From positions 124,001 to 188,000 of the forward strand of contig JAJCTO010000009.1 of NCBI GenBank assembly GCA_046563655.1: 64,000 nt of DNA. Reading direction: 5' to 3'. The position numbers and the translations under genes are program-made. The notes beneath the pieces were generated by a model. The model ran no database searches and had not been told where the DNA came from. It saw nothing but the letters and a program-made list of their open reading frames with translations. How positions within the stretch are numbered: the first letter of the stretch is position 1; every line of letters starts with the position of its first letter. Of this stretch, positions 62,784-64,000 are shown in pieces. The DNA is from Yuukianura sp. NJ FZ-2021. Lineage: Eukaryota.

Positions 62784-64000
62784 TTTTCATTAAAAACTCC
62801 CCAAAAAATCACTCTGGGCTGTCTGAGAAGTGAAAATTTCAAACCGATACTATGCTTCTGAAAGCCCATATGAAGTGTACCAATGTCAAGTTTTGACCAA
62901 AAAATCCATTTTTTTCATTAAAAACTCCCCAAAAATCACTCTGGCCAATCTCAGAAGTGAAAATTTCAAGCCGATAATATGCTTCTGAAAGCCAATCTGA
63001 AGTGTACCAATGTCAAGTTTTGTCAAAAAAGATACATTTTTTTCACTAAAAACTCCCCAAAAAGTCATTCTGGGCCATCTGAGAAGTGAAAATTTCAAAC
63101 GGATAATATGCTTCTGAAAGCCCATATGAAGTGTACCAGTGTCAAGTTTTGTCAAAAAAATCCATTTTTTTCATTAAAAACTGCCCAAAAAGTCACTCTG
63201 GCCAATCTCAGAGTTGAAAATTTCAAACCGATACTATGCTTCTGAAAGCCCATATGAAGTGTACCAATGTCAAGTTTTGACAAAAAAAATCCATTTTTTT
63301 CATTAAAAACTCCCCAAAAAATCACTCTGGGCTGTCTGAGAAGTGAAAATTTCAAACCGATACTATGCTTCTGAAAGCTCATATGAAGTGTACCAATGTC
63401 AAGTTTTGACAAAAAAAAATCCATTTTTTTCATTAAAAACTCCCCAAAAAATCACTCTGGGCTGTCTGAGAAGTGAAAATTTCAAACCGATACTATGCTT
63501 CTGAAAGCTCATATGAAGTGTACCAATGTCAAGTTTTGACCAAAAAATCCATTTTTTTCAGTAAAAACTCCCCAAAAATCACTCTGGCCAATCTCAGAAG
63601 TGAAAATTTCAAGCCGATAATATGCTTCTGAAAGCCAATCTGAAGTGAACCAATCTCAATTTTTGTCAAAAAAATCAATTTTTTCATTAAAAACTCACCA
63701 AAAAATCACTCTGGGCTATCTGAGAAGTGAAAATTTCAAACCGATACTATGCTTCTGAAAGCCCATATGAAGTGTACCAATGTCAAGCTTTGACAAAAAA
63801 ATCCATTTTTTTCATTAAAAACTCCCCAAAAAATCACTCTGGGCTGTCTGAGAAGTGAAAATTTCAAACCAATACTATGCTTCTGAAAGGCCATATGAAG
63901 TGTACCAATGTCAAGTTTTGACCAAAAAATCCATTTTTTTCATTAAAAACTCCCCAAAAATCACTCTGGCCAATCTCAGAAGTGAAAATTTCAAGCCGAT
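62784..64000. repeat. About 128-bp satellite (9-10 units, runs off the window)
   Basis: CATTAAAAACTCC or a close variant at 62788, 62916, 63044, 63172, 63301, 63431, 63559, 63685, 63813 and 63941. Confidence 0.96.

Noticed and set aside
62886..63433. Repetitive ORFs in the 128-bp satellite
   Set aside because: Frames are broken by variable homopolymer lengths, so the repeat is non-coding.

Overview
Eukaryotic, repeat-dense window, probably arthropod heterochromatin (inference from short GT-AG introns and DINE-1/Helentron-type ends). No ordinary host genes are visible. (1) 1-7378 is the 3' part of a Helentron-type Helitron. It holds a spliced Rep/PIF1-helicase/EEP-endonuclease gene, an antisense 4-exon RPA70-like ssDNA-binding gene, a putative clan-CE (Ulp1-like) cysteine protease and a 3' hairpin ending CTTG|TT. 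(2) 7379-55248 is a 510-bp satellite of about 73 units, bounded at the far side by an inverted copy of the same Helentron end. (3) The satellite is interrupted by a young Ty3/Gypsy LTR retrotransposon (20144-29553, minus strand, 245-bp LTRs, AAGG TSD) and a TA-TSD MITE (29874-30784). The Gypsy element carries, in the env position, an intronless Rrp6/EXOSC10-like DEDDy 3'-5' exonuclease + HRDC + CCHC knuckle gene. It also has about 26 hairpin repeats in its 5' UTR and no canonical tRNA primer-binding site. This is the most unusual system in the window. (4) 55290-59550 holds nested TE debris: a foldback element, a hAT MITE and a Copia gag pseudogene with a tRNA-Met PBS. (5) 59555-62783 is a second, truncated and mosaic Helentron copy (RPA-like gene, protease pseudogene, same 3' end), directly followed by a different ~128-bp satellite.
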